From NCBI RefSeq assembly GCF_009834535.1, contig NC_045707.1, forward strand, positions 46,130,001 to 46,194,000: a stretch of DNA of 64,000 nucleotides, read 5' to 3'. The notes under the pieces were generated by a model that was not told the origin of the DNA, ran no database searches, and saw nothing but the letters and a program-made list of their open reading frames with translations. Positions within the stretch are counted from its first letter, which is position 1, and each line of letters opens with the position of its first letter. The stretch is from Camelus ferus. Taxonomy: Eukaryota. This document shows, in pieces, positions 1 through 11,774 of this stretch. Position numbers and translations under genes: made by a program.

Positions 1-9
1 TGGTAGATA

Positions 10-125
10 AAGTTATGATCCCTTTTCACAGATGGGGAAACTGAGGCTCAGATACGGCAACTTGCCCAAGAGCACATGTAAGCGTGGGAGGCAGGTTGTG
101 AATCTAGGTCTTCCTGCTCTAGCTC
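10..125 (-). mobile_element. MIR SINE fragment
   Basis: MIR core in antisense: ACAGATGGGGAAACTGAGGCTCAGA...ACTTGCCCAAG. Confidence 0.85.
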
Positions 126-429
126 CTGGCTCCTTCTTTAGTCTCCTGGGTTCTCCTCCATACCTGTCCCTCTGCCACTCCAGTTCACCAGTGGAGTCTT
201 CAGGTGAGACAGGACTTCTGTCTTTAAACCAGCCCAAAGGGAAATTCTTAAATTCTGAGACACAGCCTTCTTTAGGGCTTGAGCACAACTAAGCCACACA
301 CAGGGTCAAATTAATTAGTTTTTTATTCTTTCCTACAGGTAAATTGAGAGGCAAAAAAAAGTACAGGTATATTTAGACAACTGTTTAATGTCTCCAGCTT
401 TTAACCTTATTAGACCCTACATATGTGTT

Positions 430-476
430 TATATATATATATATATATATATATACTATATATATATATATATATA
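430..476. repeat. (TA)n microsatellite, interrupted once
   Basis: Directly visible TA dinucleotide run. Confidence 0.95.
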
Positions 477-1357
477 AAATATTTTAGTAGGTATTGATGA
501 GAACAAAATGCATAAGACATTTTCTCCACGCTCACTAAGAGCTATTTACTTTGATTCAGAAGATAATGAAAGCACAATTTGAACCATTCCTAATTCCAGC
601 AAAAAAACAAGCCAACCTAAATAAACGTTGTGGTCTCAGTTTGCAGTTTGGCAGTTTGCAGATGGGTCACTAGTGTTGACCACTACCATGCAGAAAACAA
701 AAGCGAGCAAACCTTTTGACTCGAATGTGGAAAACAAGACCTTCCTCCTGATGTTCAGTAGAAAGAGAGCCGAGTTCAGGCAGGAGGAAGGTTAATCATT
801 TAGCACTTGCCGCCACGACTCCACTGTGCTGCCTACTCCAGTGGACTCCAAACAGGCGTGCAGATTAATAACTCACACTGGCAATGGCTTTGACCTCTCT
901 GAGCTGTCTCCCTCCTGAGCAGGGCACATCCGACCATAGAAGGACACTCCCTGGCCTAAGGTTAAATCCTGGTTGTCTCCATCCTCCTGCATCAGCCATT
1001 TCCTGTTCTGATTGCTAATTTGTATTGAAGTGCTCAGACCACCCACTTTTGGGCACAGGAAGGGAAGGCTGACTGGTGTGGGGTGTGGGTGGGGGTGGTG
1101 GCCCTCCAGCAGCCCACACTTTGAAACATCCTGCGTGCAGTGTGGAGCGGGTCGGCTCAGCCTGGCACTTGGTGTAGCATGGGGCACTTGTGATCCCTTG
1201 AAGTCGCAACTTGGACAAATCATTTAGCCTTCCTGAGCCTCAGCTCTCAGCCTCAAAACCAGACCCAGAATACTGACCCCGCTTGCCTCATGAAGAGGAA
1301 GTGATAACACTTGGTAAATGTTTACAGTTTAAAGCATATTTTAATGTAAGTTGGTGT

Positions 1358-1631
1358 CAAAAGGTCAAATACTGCCTGATTCCACTTACTGAGGTACCTA
1401 GAGTAATAAAATTGATGGAGCATGGTGGTTACTGCTGCCGAGAGGGAGGTGGGAATGGGAGTCAGTGTTTAATGGGTGCAGGGTTTCAGTTTGGGATGAT
1501 GAAAAGTTCTGGGGCTAGATAGTGGTGATGTGTACAGTATAAATGCACTTAATGCCACTGAACTGTACACTCTAAATGGCTAAAATGGTAAATTTTTATA
1601 TTACATATAGTTTACCACACTTTAAAAAAAA
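1358..1631 (+). mobile_element. Old L1 3' end (L1MB-like)
   Basis: GGGTTTCAGTTTGGGATGATGAAAAGTTCTG...CTTAATGCCACTGAACTGTACAC...AAAATGGTAAATTTT followed by an A tail. Confidence 0.85.
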
Positions 1632-2094
1632 CAGAAAACTTAAGTTGTTTTCAAGGTTCCTACACCCAGGAGTCATCCAGCTCACCTTGAATATTAGGCT
1701 CTCTGCTCCTACAGATCCTTGGACTGAGACCCCAACCTCCCTTGTCAGTCTTACCTGGCTCCCCTGCTCTAAATGCCCTGGTTGAGTAGAGGTTACTTGA
1801 AGTCACCAAGTCTGCATTGAATCCCCACTTGTACCAGGCTCTGTGCCAGACGCAGGGTGTACAGGCAGATGGATGCAGTGCCCCCAATCCGGTGAGGACA
1901 CAGACCTGCAGGCGGAGTGTTCCCATGGGCTCCGCTGGGAAGGGTTGTGATGGAGTGAGCGGGCTGCTGTGGGAGGGCAGGAAGGCTTCCTGGGCTCCTG
2001 AAGGATGTGCCAAAGTCGGAGTCAACTAGACCAGGAGGCGGGCGGAGGCATGGCCACCACCTCTGTTTACCGTAAGGCTCCCTTTTTTTCATAC

Positions 2095-2390
2095 TTCTCT
2101 GCATTTGCCAGTGCTCCTCCTTCACTAGAGTGCACTCTCTCCCTTCTCTGCTACCGCAATCCTCCTAATCCTTAAAGTGCCAGCTCAGATGCCACCTCCC
2201 TTCTGGAAGCATTCCCTAAACCCAGCCAAATTTTCTTCTTTTACTTGAAGCGTAGCCGATTTACAATGTGGTGTTAAGCCCAGCCAGATCCATCTCTCCT
2301 CCTCCTGAATTCCCACAGCCCCCTCTTATGTCTCCATTTAGCACGTGTTTCATTCTGTCAGGCAATGCAGCCGTTTGTATTTCTGCCTCT
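2095..2390 (+). mobile_element. L2 3' region fragment
   Basis: CAGCTCAGATGCCACCTCC...GGAAGCATTCCCT typical of L2; interrupted by a ~50-bp L1 tail. Confidence 0.6.
2229..2278 (-). mobile_element. Extremely 5'-truncated L1 3' terminus with TSD
   Basis: T-rich tail then TTGAAGCGTAGCCGATTTACAATGTGGTGTTA; flanked by CCCAGCCA at 2221-2228 and 2279-2286. Confidence 0.7.
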
Positions 2391-2949
2391 CTTATTGGAT
2401 AGAGATTGGGATTTTTTTTATAGTTCCAAGTAACAGAAACCAGCTGGAACCAGCCTTAGCATAACAGTCATTTATCAGAGTATGAGGCATCTTCCTGGAC
2501 CAGGACGCCTCCCGCGCTCCCTGTTCCTGTTTCCTAGTCCACGGGGCAGGTGTGGGGGCGGACGGCTGGTACTGCAGGCTCCCAGGGCTGGTTTCTGTTC
2601 TGCTTGGGTCAGTGATCACCTCTTGACCAGTGAGCTGTGGCAGGGGGAGCAGGATGACATGGACAGATGGGGTGGGTCAGAGCCCGTGTAGACTGGGGAA
2701 GAGCAGCCAGGAGCGGTCAGTGCGAGCTCCACTCACTGTAGTAGTGACCCTCACAGACGCTTGGTCCTTCCTGCTTCCTCCCTGGGCTTCCTGTGCTGCT
2801 CCCTGTCCCATCTCCTCCGTGGTTTTCTTCCTGCCCTGCTGGCTGTTTCTCCCTTTTCCTCTCTGTGGACGCTGCTGCTCTCAGCCATCCCTGCTACTAG
2901 TGTTCTTTTGATTTCACTAATGTGTCTTCCCATTTTGCTCATTTACTCT

Positions 2950-3592
2950 AGATGATCCCAGCAGATCCCATGCTTGCTATCTATTTGCTATCTATTTGCA
3001 TTCAGGTTTAGTTATTGTTCAGATCTGAGTGCCTGACCCACGTATTCTGCTGTCTAGTGGTCAGTCTCCAAGAGATGTCCCACCTTGCAGAAACTGCATG
3101 TACCATCTGCCTGTCACCCCTTGTGAAGCCCCCCTTCACCTGACCCCCCTCCACTCTATCTCTGGGATGATATCACCGACTACCTCTGTCCAATCTGGGA
3201 GTCACTGTAAAGCCTTCCTGTCCCATACCACAGAAATCTAATCTGGCATCAAACCCTTTCCTTTAATACCTCTCAAATCTGTCTTCCGCCATGGCCTTAA
3301 TTCAGGCCTGCATCATTTCTTACTGACTTGTAACCAGCTTCCTTGTGCCACCTTGCAATGTGCTTCTCTAAGTGCAGCCCATGTGATCTTTCTAAATAAA
3401 CAATCTAGTTATGTCAGGCCTTTGCTTAAACTCCTTCGGTGGCTCCTCATTGACATTGGAAGAAGAGTCAGACTTCAGTGTGTGAGACAGAACTCTCTCA
3501 CCTGCTGCCTGTCTGTGAAACTTCAGCTCCTGGGTCTCTCCAGCCTTAGAGTTTCTGAGTGTGCAGTGTTCTCTGAAACTCACCTCCATGCC
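2950..3592 (+). mobile_element. L2 fragment
   Basis: GTGATCTTTCTAAA...TTATGTCA...GCTTAAACTCCTTCGGTGGCTCCTCATTG are degenerate L2 hallmarks. Confidence 0.7.
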
Positions 3593-4271
3593 TTCTTTTT
3601 TAAGAATAAATAAATAGGTAAGGTTTTATTATTTACCAACAAAGTATTAACATAAGAGTGAGTAAAAAAGCATAGACTGCTTCTCAAATTTAAAACGGGG
3701 AAAGTTGATGTCATTAGGTTCAGGGGAAATGTATCCACCTCTATGCTGTCTGTTTAAATAGCTGCCATTGGGTCCAGGAATAGTAATAACCCTGTACTGG
3801 ATATACCAGGCGCCTAGAAACCTACTTCTACAGAAAAACCAAGAAAAACATGAAGGCTCTGACAGTGTAATTAGACATGCCATGCTAAGTCTGCACTTCA
3901 CATCGACATCTCTTACGTCTAAGGTGGAAGCTGGGAGAAGCTTAACTGTCTACACAGTTGGCCCCTGAGCTGACTGCCTTCTATTAGGCTTTGCCCAGGG
4001 GACTAAAATAGAACTTGCTCTGGGGCTGGAAAAGGACATGTTGGTGAGAAGAAAGATGGAGACATATGTTGAGTAAACAACCAACAGCCTCGGCCACATC
4101 CTGACTTGGTGTCCCATGATGACCACTATTTTATGTTGCTCCACACCAGACTGGTTACTTCCTGCTATCTGCACTGAGTCACTAATTACAGAGAATCCTT
4201 GGTCTTCATAGCTACAGTTGCCCAAGGTTCAAACTTTTAAGAACAACTTTCTTTCTTGTTCTAGTCTACTA

Positions 4272-4712
4272 GTAATGGTTGGTTGCAAAGAACAGAAAAA
4301 CTGAACAGCAGTGGTTAAAACAAAAAAGAGTGTGTTTTCTCACATAATATGAAGTCTAGAGGTAGGCTGGTTCAGTCCCTCATCAGTCACTTGGCATGTT
4401 GGCTTTCTTCCTCATGGTGACAACATGCTGGCTGCAGCTCTCATATCACATCTACATCCAGGGGAGAAGCAGGTCAGGAAAAGAGTTCCTTTCGCCAACT
4501 GTCTTCTTTTATTAGGAACTAGAAACAGACTTTTACTTTGGTTTTATTCACCAGAACCATGATCCATGGCCCTCAGTGACTTTCAAGGGAGGCTGGGAAA
4601 GAGTATATTTAGCAGGGCATGTTAAAGTACTAAACAAAATTGGAGCTATGTTAACATAAAAGAAAGGAGTAAGGATTAGTGCATTCACAGTTAACGGGGT
4701 CTGCCATGTACT
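4272..4712 (-). mobile_element. MaLR solo LTR (MLT1I/J-like)
   Basis: GGTTGCAAAGAACAGAAAA...TTCTCACATAATATGAAGTCTAGAGGTAGGC...GGCTGCAGCTC. Confidence 0.7.
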
Positions 4713-5234
4713 GCGTCAAATGTGTTCCTATTGCCATAACTACTCATCGTATTTACTCTTGCTGCAATCCCTTTAATGTTTTTTTTTATCCCTTGAAATT
4801 CAGAAGTGTTCTAATACTTTTACAAAGTGCTTTCTGCAGAAAGCAGTTTACACTGGAGATACGCCTGGCTTTAAATGGGCAAAAGATACTGGTTGGGCTA
4901 AGTGTTTTCTGGAAACTCTGCTCTCAAATTGTATTAGTTTTTCCACTATCGAGCTATTTAATCAGACATTTATAATATATATGCAAATCTTGTTAGTCTT
5001 CTGTTAATAACACAGTCTGGACAGTCAGCGCTCGACACAGGAGCATTAGAATGACTCAGCGCGCCTATGGAGACATCGTTTGTGTCTCTACTGCTTGCAT
5101 CTGTAATTCTTCACAATCGTTTAGTTTTATGATCTAAATTTGTTGGAATTAAACTTGAACAGCTCATAAATAGTATAATTAATTTTTGTTCCACTTTAGG
5201 TCCAAATACTAATTGATTAAAACCTACTGCTGTG

Positions 5235-5405
5235 TGTTCTCTGTCTCCACATATCCCCTGGATCATGACGCTGGCACTGTTGTTATTTTACTTTTCCTGG
5301 CAGTCTTCTGACCTGGGAGGGCACTCACCACATCTGTCTTGCTTGTCCTCTGCTTGGCAGAGTGCCTGGCCCATAGTAGGTGCGCAGTAAGCCTTGGTTG
5401 AATAA
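5235..5405 (+). mobile_element. L2 3' terminus
   Basis: AGAGTGCCTGGCCCATAGTAGGTGCGCAGTAAGCCTTGGTTGAATAA. Confidence 0.7.
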
Positions 5406-5989
5406 TTTAATTGCCAAATGCCTTGCTGGTGATCAGTTATGTATCAGCAGCAGAGGCCAGTCTCCCGGTGTGCCAGCCAATGTTTTAGTTAAAAAGAAAA
5501 AGTACAAACATAGGCTCCACACTAGGTTATGTTAGGCTGGATTTGGATATTTAGGTTCTGTATGGTTGTTCCCTGTTTTCCTCTGAAACATGTTTATGTT
5601 TCATTGTCCAGCCACCCAGAAAGAGAATGACCGAGTGATGCCGGTTCCCAAGTCCCAGGGACTTGTTGTGGTGGCCCTAACCTGGGCCAGGAGCCTACCC
5701 CTGCACCGGGCAGGCATCTGCGTCCAGGAGGGTGGGCTGCTTGTAATATTGTACGCATTTAAGTTGCGGTAGAAGCAATGCCTAGAAAAGAGGTTTCAGG
5801 CAGATAACCCTGGGGAACTGGCAAGGCCCGCCCAGCAGTTTTGCTGTGTAACTGCTTCATGGGCACCTCTCTGTGTGTAACACGTGCATGCTCGCCTTTC
5901 TTGTATTCATTTACTCAGTGGTTGCTGAACACCAGCTGCAGATCACATATCAGTTTTGTGGTCGGCTGCCTACCCTCTGTGTGTTCCTT

Positions 5990-6200
5990 GTCCTCTCTAC
6001 GCCTCCGTTTCCTTATCTGGAAAAAGAAAAAAGTGATCACACTTACTATATAGGATTATTTTGAGGATTAAATGAGATTTCATATATATATTATTTATAA
6101 CGTATGTTAACATAATATATTAGACTATGTTACTTTATATATGGTTGTATAGAAACTTGGAACAGTGCCTGGACCATGGGTATTAATGAAATGTCAGCTG
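5990..6200 (+). mobile_element. MIR SINE fragment
   Basis: CTCCGTTTCCTTATCTG...TGAGGATTAAATGAGAT...AACAGTGCCTGG. Confidence 0.75.
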
Positions 6201-6202
6201 TC

Positions 6203-6555
6203 ACAAGTCCACAGTCCCTTTTCCACAATGAAAAAAAATCCAAAAGCTCTTGACAACCAGAATTTCTTCATAACTTTGGCAGAAAATTCTGACCTCATCT
6301 GAACTAAATGATGATCTGAGCTAATGACTTGTAAAAAGCCTGACCTGAAAGGTTGTGAGGATATTGTGAGGCTTCTGGAGCTGCTTAGTGTGACTAGTCA
6401 CACACTTAGCTGCAGGAATAGCAGTGTGGCAGATTACAGGGTGCTGCCCCAGCTCCACTGGCAATAGTACACAATGTTATCCTTTTCAGTGAAAAATTCT
6501 GCATTCTGAAATGCATCTAGGCCCCCTAGGTTTCACAGGGGATCGTGGCCCTCTC
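6203..6555. mobile_element. TcMar-Tigger-type non-autonomous DNA transposon (MER46C-like)
   Basis: Degenerate terminal inverted repeats CAAGTCCACAGTCCCTT / GGGGATCGTGGCCCT; internal ATCCAAAAGCTCT and AAAATTCTGCATTCTGAAATGCATCTAGGCCCC. Confidence 0.6.
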
Positions 6556-9500
6556 TTACCATTTACTAGTGTCATCCTCATCAACCACCCTGCGCCTGTA
6601 TGAATAGACTGCAGTCTCTGCCTCAAAGGGACACAGGGCACTGACTAGATTTGTGTTACAGGCAGCCTGGGGCCCGGGGAACACTCAGGACGGCCCTTGA
6701 CTCATGCGATATGGGGAAGGTGGTGGGGTTAAGGACAGCATCTAAAGGGGATGCTTGAGCTGAGTCTGGAAGAATCCAGCACCTCCTGGCATCAGGCACG
6801 GCAGGTCAGGCAGCAAATAAAACCAGAGGTGGCCCAGCCTGGAGGCCAAACGCTATGTCTGTTCCAGATGGCAGCCGCAGCACTAAATAAGAGACCACAG
6901 ATGTGGTGAGGGGTGTTCTGGGTGCTCTGGGAGTCCGTGAGAGGGAGCCAGCCTCATCTCGGGGTTCAGAGGAGGCCTCCCTGCCTGTGTTACGTCCAGA
7001 CTGAGACTGAAGAAAGGCTGAGCAGAAGTGAGGCAGGAGAAGTAGCTGCAAATGTGTGGCTCGGAGAGAGGAAAGTGCGTGCTGGGGGTCAGGAGGCAGG
7101 GGGAAGCCAGCTCCTCTCAGGAAACAGAGAATTCAGTGCGGCTGGAGGAGAGAGCCTGCGGTCAGGTGGTGAAAGAGGAAAGAGTGGGTCCCGGGCCTAA
7201 GTCAGGGGAGGCCTGGAGTCGGGTCTCTCAGTGGAGAGAGTCCTGGTTTGTGGCAGTTGTCCCAGCACTGTCTTTCACTCTCGAAAGTGTCCCTGTTTGG
7301 ACCATTAAATATATGGTCCATCATACTTAAGGGCCAACTTAGATTTGAGAATTTGTCCTCAGGGATGTAGGAATCCGTTGGAAGATTTTAAACAGTGCAC
7401 ATTGTAAAGTTACTTGGGGGTGATTTGCAGCTTTGCACAATAAAAAGCTCTTTTTTTTCCTACTCTGCTGATCATTCTCTTGGTCCCAAGGGTTACTGGC
7501 AGACCCCGGGAAGATAACTCAGAATGCTTGTCACAGACTGGCCTTTGCTGTGGACGTAGAAACAGAGCCACGTCTGATGATCCTGTGGACTGGAAATGTG
7601 CTCTTTCTTCCCTTAGTTGAACTCTCGGGAGTTCCTGTGTTGTCTGGACTACCCTCAAAAACAATTGTAGGCCTGCCTTTGAAAATTCAGGAAGGGTGGT
7701 GGCCTTTTCTTTCCTTTCTCCCCTGTCTGGCCGTGTGTGTTTGCCGGCGAGCAGGCTGGTGCCCAGGGCCTGCCTTTCCCTATCTGATTTTCTTTGCTGG
7801 CCAGAGCTAGCAGTTGGCAGACACTTATCAGTCTCATGCTTTCGACCAAGAAAAGACAGAGGAGAATTCAGGAAAACCCGAGATTCATGTTTTACTTTTG
7901 TGTAGGATGCTTTCAGCGCCTCAGGGAGGAACAGACTCCCCCCTTGGGGAGTTCCTTTAGTCTTAGTTCTTATTTCTGTCACATTCTGAGCTCCCCTGTC
8001 TGATGCTGGGTAGGTGGAAAGATAAAAGCTACACGACAGCTGGTAATCCCCTTTGGGCCACACAGTGGGATGCCGTTTCAGGCGGTTTAGCCGTAAGCCG
8101 CAGCTCAGTCCTCTGTGATAAGAAGGAATTGGAACTGTTCACTGCAGCTGGAGAGACTTCAGCTGGGGCCAGGGTCCTACACTCGATGGTGGCCAGGAAA
8201 GTGGAAAGTGGGCAGTTGTAGATAGGAAGAGCCTAGCAGAGCTCCCCCAGGGCGAGCTGCCTGGGGCCCCAGTGGCTGGCTTTTACCTGGGTGAGTTCAT
8301 CTCACTCTGCTAAACCCGGGTTGGGTACCCTAGAGATCGGATGATTCATCTCTAAGGGTGGAATCGTGTAAACACACGCACACACACCATGCACCTCTAC
8401 GTGCACCTACACACAGCACACTCACAATATTAGAATACCAGTTTATTCACTCTCAAGTCAAATACTTGCATTCTTTTCCCAAAGACCAGCTAAATTACAA
8501 ACTAAAAGCCTGTTAATTAATTTTATCCTGAAAAAAGCCATGGTCTGCAGTCCAGTGCATCTGGGACAAACTCCACAGATTGTTAGACTGTGAGAACAGT
8601 GTCAGTTTAGAATGTCTCTACTATGACCCCTCAGGCTACACTCATCCCCCATAATTAAGTTCTTTAAACCCGGGATCCCTGGCCATGCACCAGGACCCGA
8701 AAGCCCCATGAATGTGTGTGTGTGGGGGGTGCACATGTGTGTTTTTCTGGGGAAAAGATCTGTAAGTTTCAGGAGATACCAAAAAAACAAAAAAGCTGAG
8801 CCATGTGGACATCCACAGCTGGCTTATAATTTGACTCCCTTTGAAGTAATAATTGTTGATACTTGTGCAGCACGTACTTCTAGGGATGACACGAGAAGGT
8901 GGCGCCCAAGAAATTTAACTCTGCTAACCTGCCAGTGTCCAGCTGCTCTTGTCACTTCCAGCCGTTCCTGTAAGAGTTTCTGACTTGCTGCAGAAATTCT
9001 GATCTGCCACCTTATTAAACAGTGTTGATGTTCTTACTGTGGAGATATACTCATCCTCTCACTTGCATACTTTTAATTTAAAACTATTTAAGGGAACTGG
9101 GGTTCCAGTTGTTGTATATATTTTTCTAAAAACCAAACAAAACTACCTGTGAAAATGAAAAAAAAAGAAATTTAACTCTGATCCCTACTTGTGTTTGCCA
9201 CTTAACATAACCAAAGCCCTGTGGATATTCAGATCAACCATCCCCTTCCAGTCCCCCATCCCTTCTAGAGTATCGAAATGGTTCTTAATTAGGGGAAAAA
9301 TCATTCTGTGAAAAAGGGAAGTATTTCCATTAAAGAAGACTTAAGTAGTTGGGCAGAGTTTCAGGAAATGGGCTTCTAGATTTGGAGTTATTGACCAAAG
9401 CTGTATACTTCAAGAATATCTCCAGATGGTGTTATCCCTGAAGGCGGAATCATTTATGCTACCGGTGTTTCCAGTGAAGGAATAGAACTGCACGTTATTA

Positions 9501-10162
9501 GCCAAGAGGGAGCAAACTTTGCATTCTAGGAGGAGACCCAAGCTGTTCCTAAGGCAGCCTTGCACACCTATGCTCTGGCCAAGCCCCGCCAGCACCGTGT
9601 CTGGTGGCTCAGCTTCCCCTGCTTCCCGCCGCAGGACCTCTGCTTTTTCTCTTGGATGCCTGACGTGCCCATGGACTTTCGAGTGTAGGCTGCCTGGAAT
9701 CGGGCATTTAATGCAGTGGTTGCACTGGGGGGTCTCTTTCCTGTCTCTCCTTGTAGTTTACAGGTGACATGTTGGCACTCTCCCTGCCTTTGTCATCTGA
9801 TTTTGACCTGTTCCTATCTAAGCTTTGCTGCTCCTGTTTCAGTAATAACAGATCTTAGCGATGCTGACTCTCATATGAAAATGATACAGGTCAATAACAA
9901 TCAAGCATTAGTTGTCACTCAGCTTTGGTTTTCTTTGAATTCTTAGTGTAGAGTGTTCTTCTTGAGAGCCAGACTCATGAGAGCCTCTCATTTTCCACAT
10001 TGTGTGTTTTGACAGTCTGTAGACTTTTCATGAGCATGTCTGATTTTTATGTATGATTTCTGTGAATGTAATTAAAACAGCTCTCAGAACACCTAGTTCT
10101 CAACAGTGGTTGTAGCTCTTGGATCCACATGTGTGATGGAAATAGAGGCGCATTTCCTAGTC

Positions 10163-10458
10163 AGGGGTGGGTAGGTAGTAAATATTTCAGGCTTTTTGGG
10201 TGTATGGTCTGGCATCTCAGCTACTCAGCTCTGCAGCTGAAGTTCAAACGCAGCGATAGATTCTAGGTAAACAGAGCAGGGTGGCCATGCGCCAATGCAG
10301 CTTTTCATCGGCACTGAAGTTGGAAGTTCATGGAATGTTCACGTCACAAAGGGTTATTCCTCTTTAATCTTTCTTTCAACTGTTTAAAAATGTGAAAACC
10401 ATTCTTAGCTTGTGGGTCATACAGAAACGGACAGTTGGCTGGATTTGGCTGATTCCTT
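10163..10458 (+). mobile_element. MER58B-like hAT-Charlie element
   Basis: CAGGGGT...GTAAATATTTCAGGCTTT...CAGCTACTCAGCTCTGC...TTTAAAAATGTGAAAACCATTCTTAGCTTG. Confidence 0.8.
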
Positions 10459-10494
10459 GTCTTTATCAGTTTACCTCAAAACTAGGTTACATTG

Positions 10495-10700
10495 ATTGAA
10501 ATTGTAAAAACTAAGCTATGATGATAGACATTGGTCAGTGTTTGCTTCTGGGGGTGAGGTGAGGACTGGCTCAAAAGGGCCAGCGGGTAACTCTGTGGGG
10601 TTGCCACAGTGTTCTGTGTCATGCCAGGGCCGTGGGTTACACAAGTGAATACCTTTGTCAAAACTGTCGTTCCCTTCCCCCATGTGTGTTTTTAACAGCA
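10495..10700 (+). mobile_element. Old L1M 3' fragment (L1MC/ME-like)
   Basis: GTGGGTTACACAAGTGAATACCTTTGTCAAAACTG resembles L1M 3' UTR. Confidence 0.55.
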
Positions 10701-11124
10701 ATTGTTTCCAGAAAAGGGCACTTAGGGTCTGGAATGGGAGGCAGACTTACTTTTTATTATTTATCTTTTTGTGGCATTGGACTGTCTTATCATGAGTAGG
10801 TGTGGTTTTTTTTTTTAAATGCAATAATTATGAAAATAAATATTAGAAGAATTGATAGCTGGACTTTATGACTCATTGGAGATGAGTATGAAGCAGAAGG
10901 AAGAGTCAGATGATTTTTGAAATGTGAAGCCTGAATTTCTGGGAGATGATAGCGTTTTGGGAGCTAATCAACACGTGGACATTCTGCAGTTATTAATTAA
11001 GGGCTTCATCTTCTGATTTGTGGGTCATAAGCTTCACCAGGCTGCAGAGGACTGCTCAGATTCCTGAATCCCCCAGCTTCTTAAGAGCTTCCTCTTTGTT
11101 GCATCCAGTGTAATCAATAAAAAC

Positions 11125-11372
11125 TGGTGCAGTAGAGCATTCAGCTTCAAAACCAGGCTTTGGAATCATGAATCCTGACTGTAACACATTCTCATTCTGT
11201 CAGTTTGGGCCAGTTACCTGACCTCTTTGAACAATGTTTGAAATGAGTGAAATGAGAAGTGTTAAGAGTGCCCTCTCCGTAACAGTATTTTGAGGATTAA
11301 ATGAGATATTTCATGTAAAACTTTCACTACAGTGTCTTTTTCATATTATTCTCTTGGTTAACACTAGCTATT
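11125..11372 (+). mobile_element. MIR SINE
   Basis: GGCTTTGGAATCA...TTTGGGCCAGTTACCTGACCTCT...TGAGGATTAAATGAGATA. Confidence 0.8.
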
Positions 11373-11774
11373 TTTGGTAATAAAGTATATTCAAGAAGTA
11401 GTTTTCCTCTTTTTGCTTGAAAATCTCCATTGCACAGAAGGCCATGTTTTTGGTAGCAGCTTCACAATAATAAGTCATATTGATTTAAAAGTCATCTGTA
11501 ATTACTCCCTCTGAGTCTTCTTTACGTATTATGTTATTTGTATTTTTTTCAGCCCTATCCACTCACTCCACCTCCACCCGCACCCCGCCCCCTATGTTTT
11601 ATAAACTTTACAGCTGTTTTTATCACATTTCCTCTTGTTTAGTCTTATCCTGAGAGCTGATCTAGGATGAAAATGTTGATTTTAGAAAGCATTTGTGTAA
11701 AGCTATGGATTATAAAACCGGAATGGGTTGTGAAGGCGTGTTGTAGGGAAATCACTTACATTTTGAAATCATAC

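Noticed and set aside
7410..8063. Longest ORF in the track (217 aa, minus strand)
   Set aside because: No recognisable domain, composition typical of random translation and no supporting gene structure.
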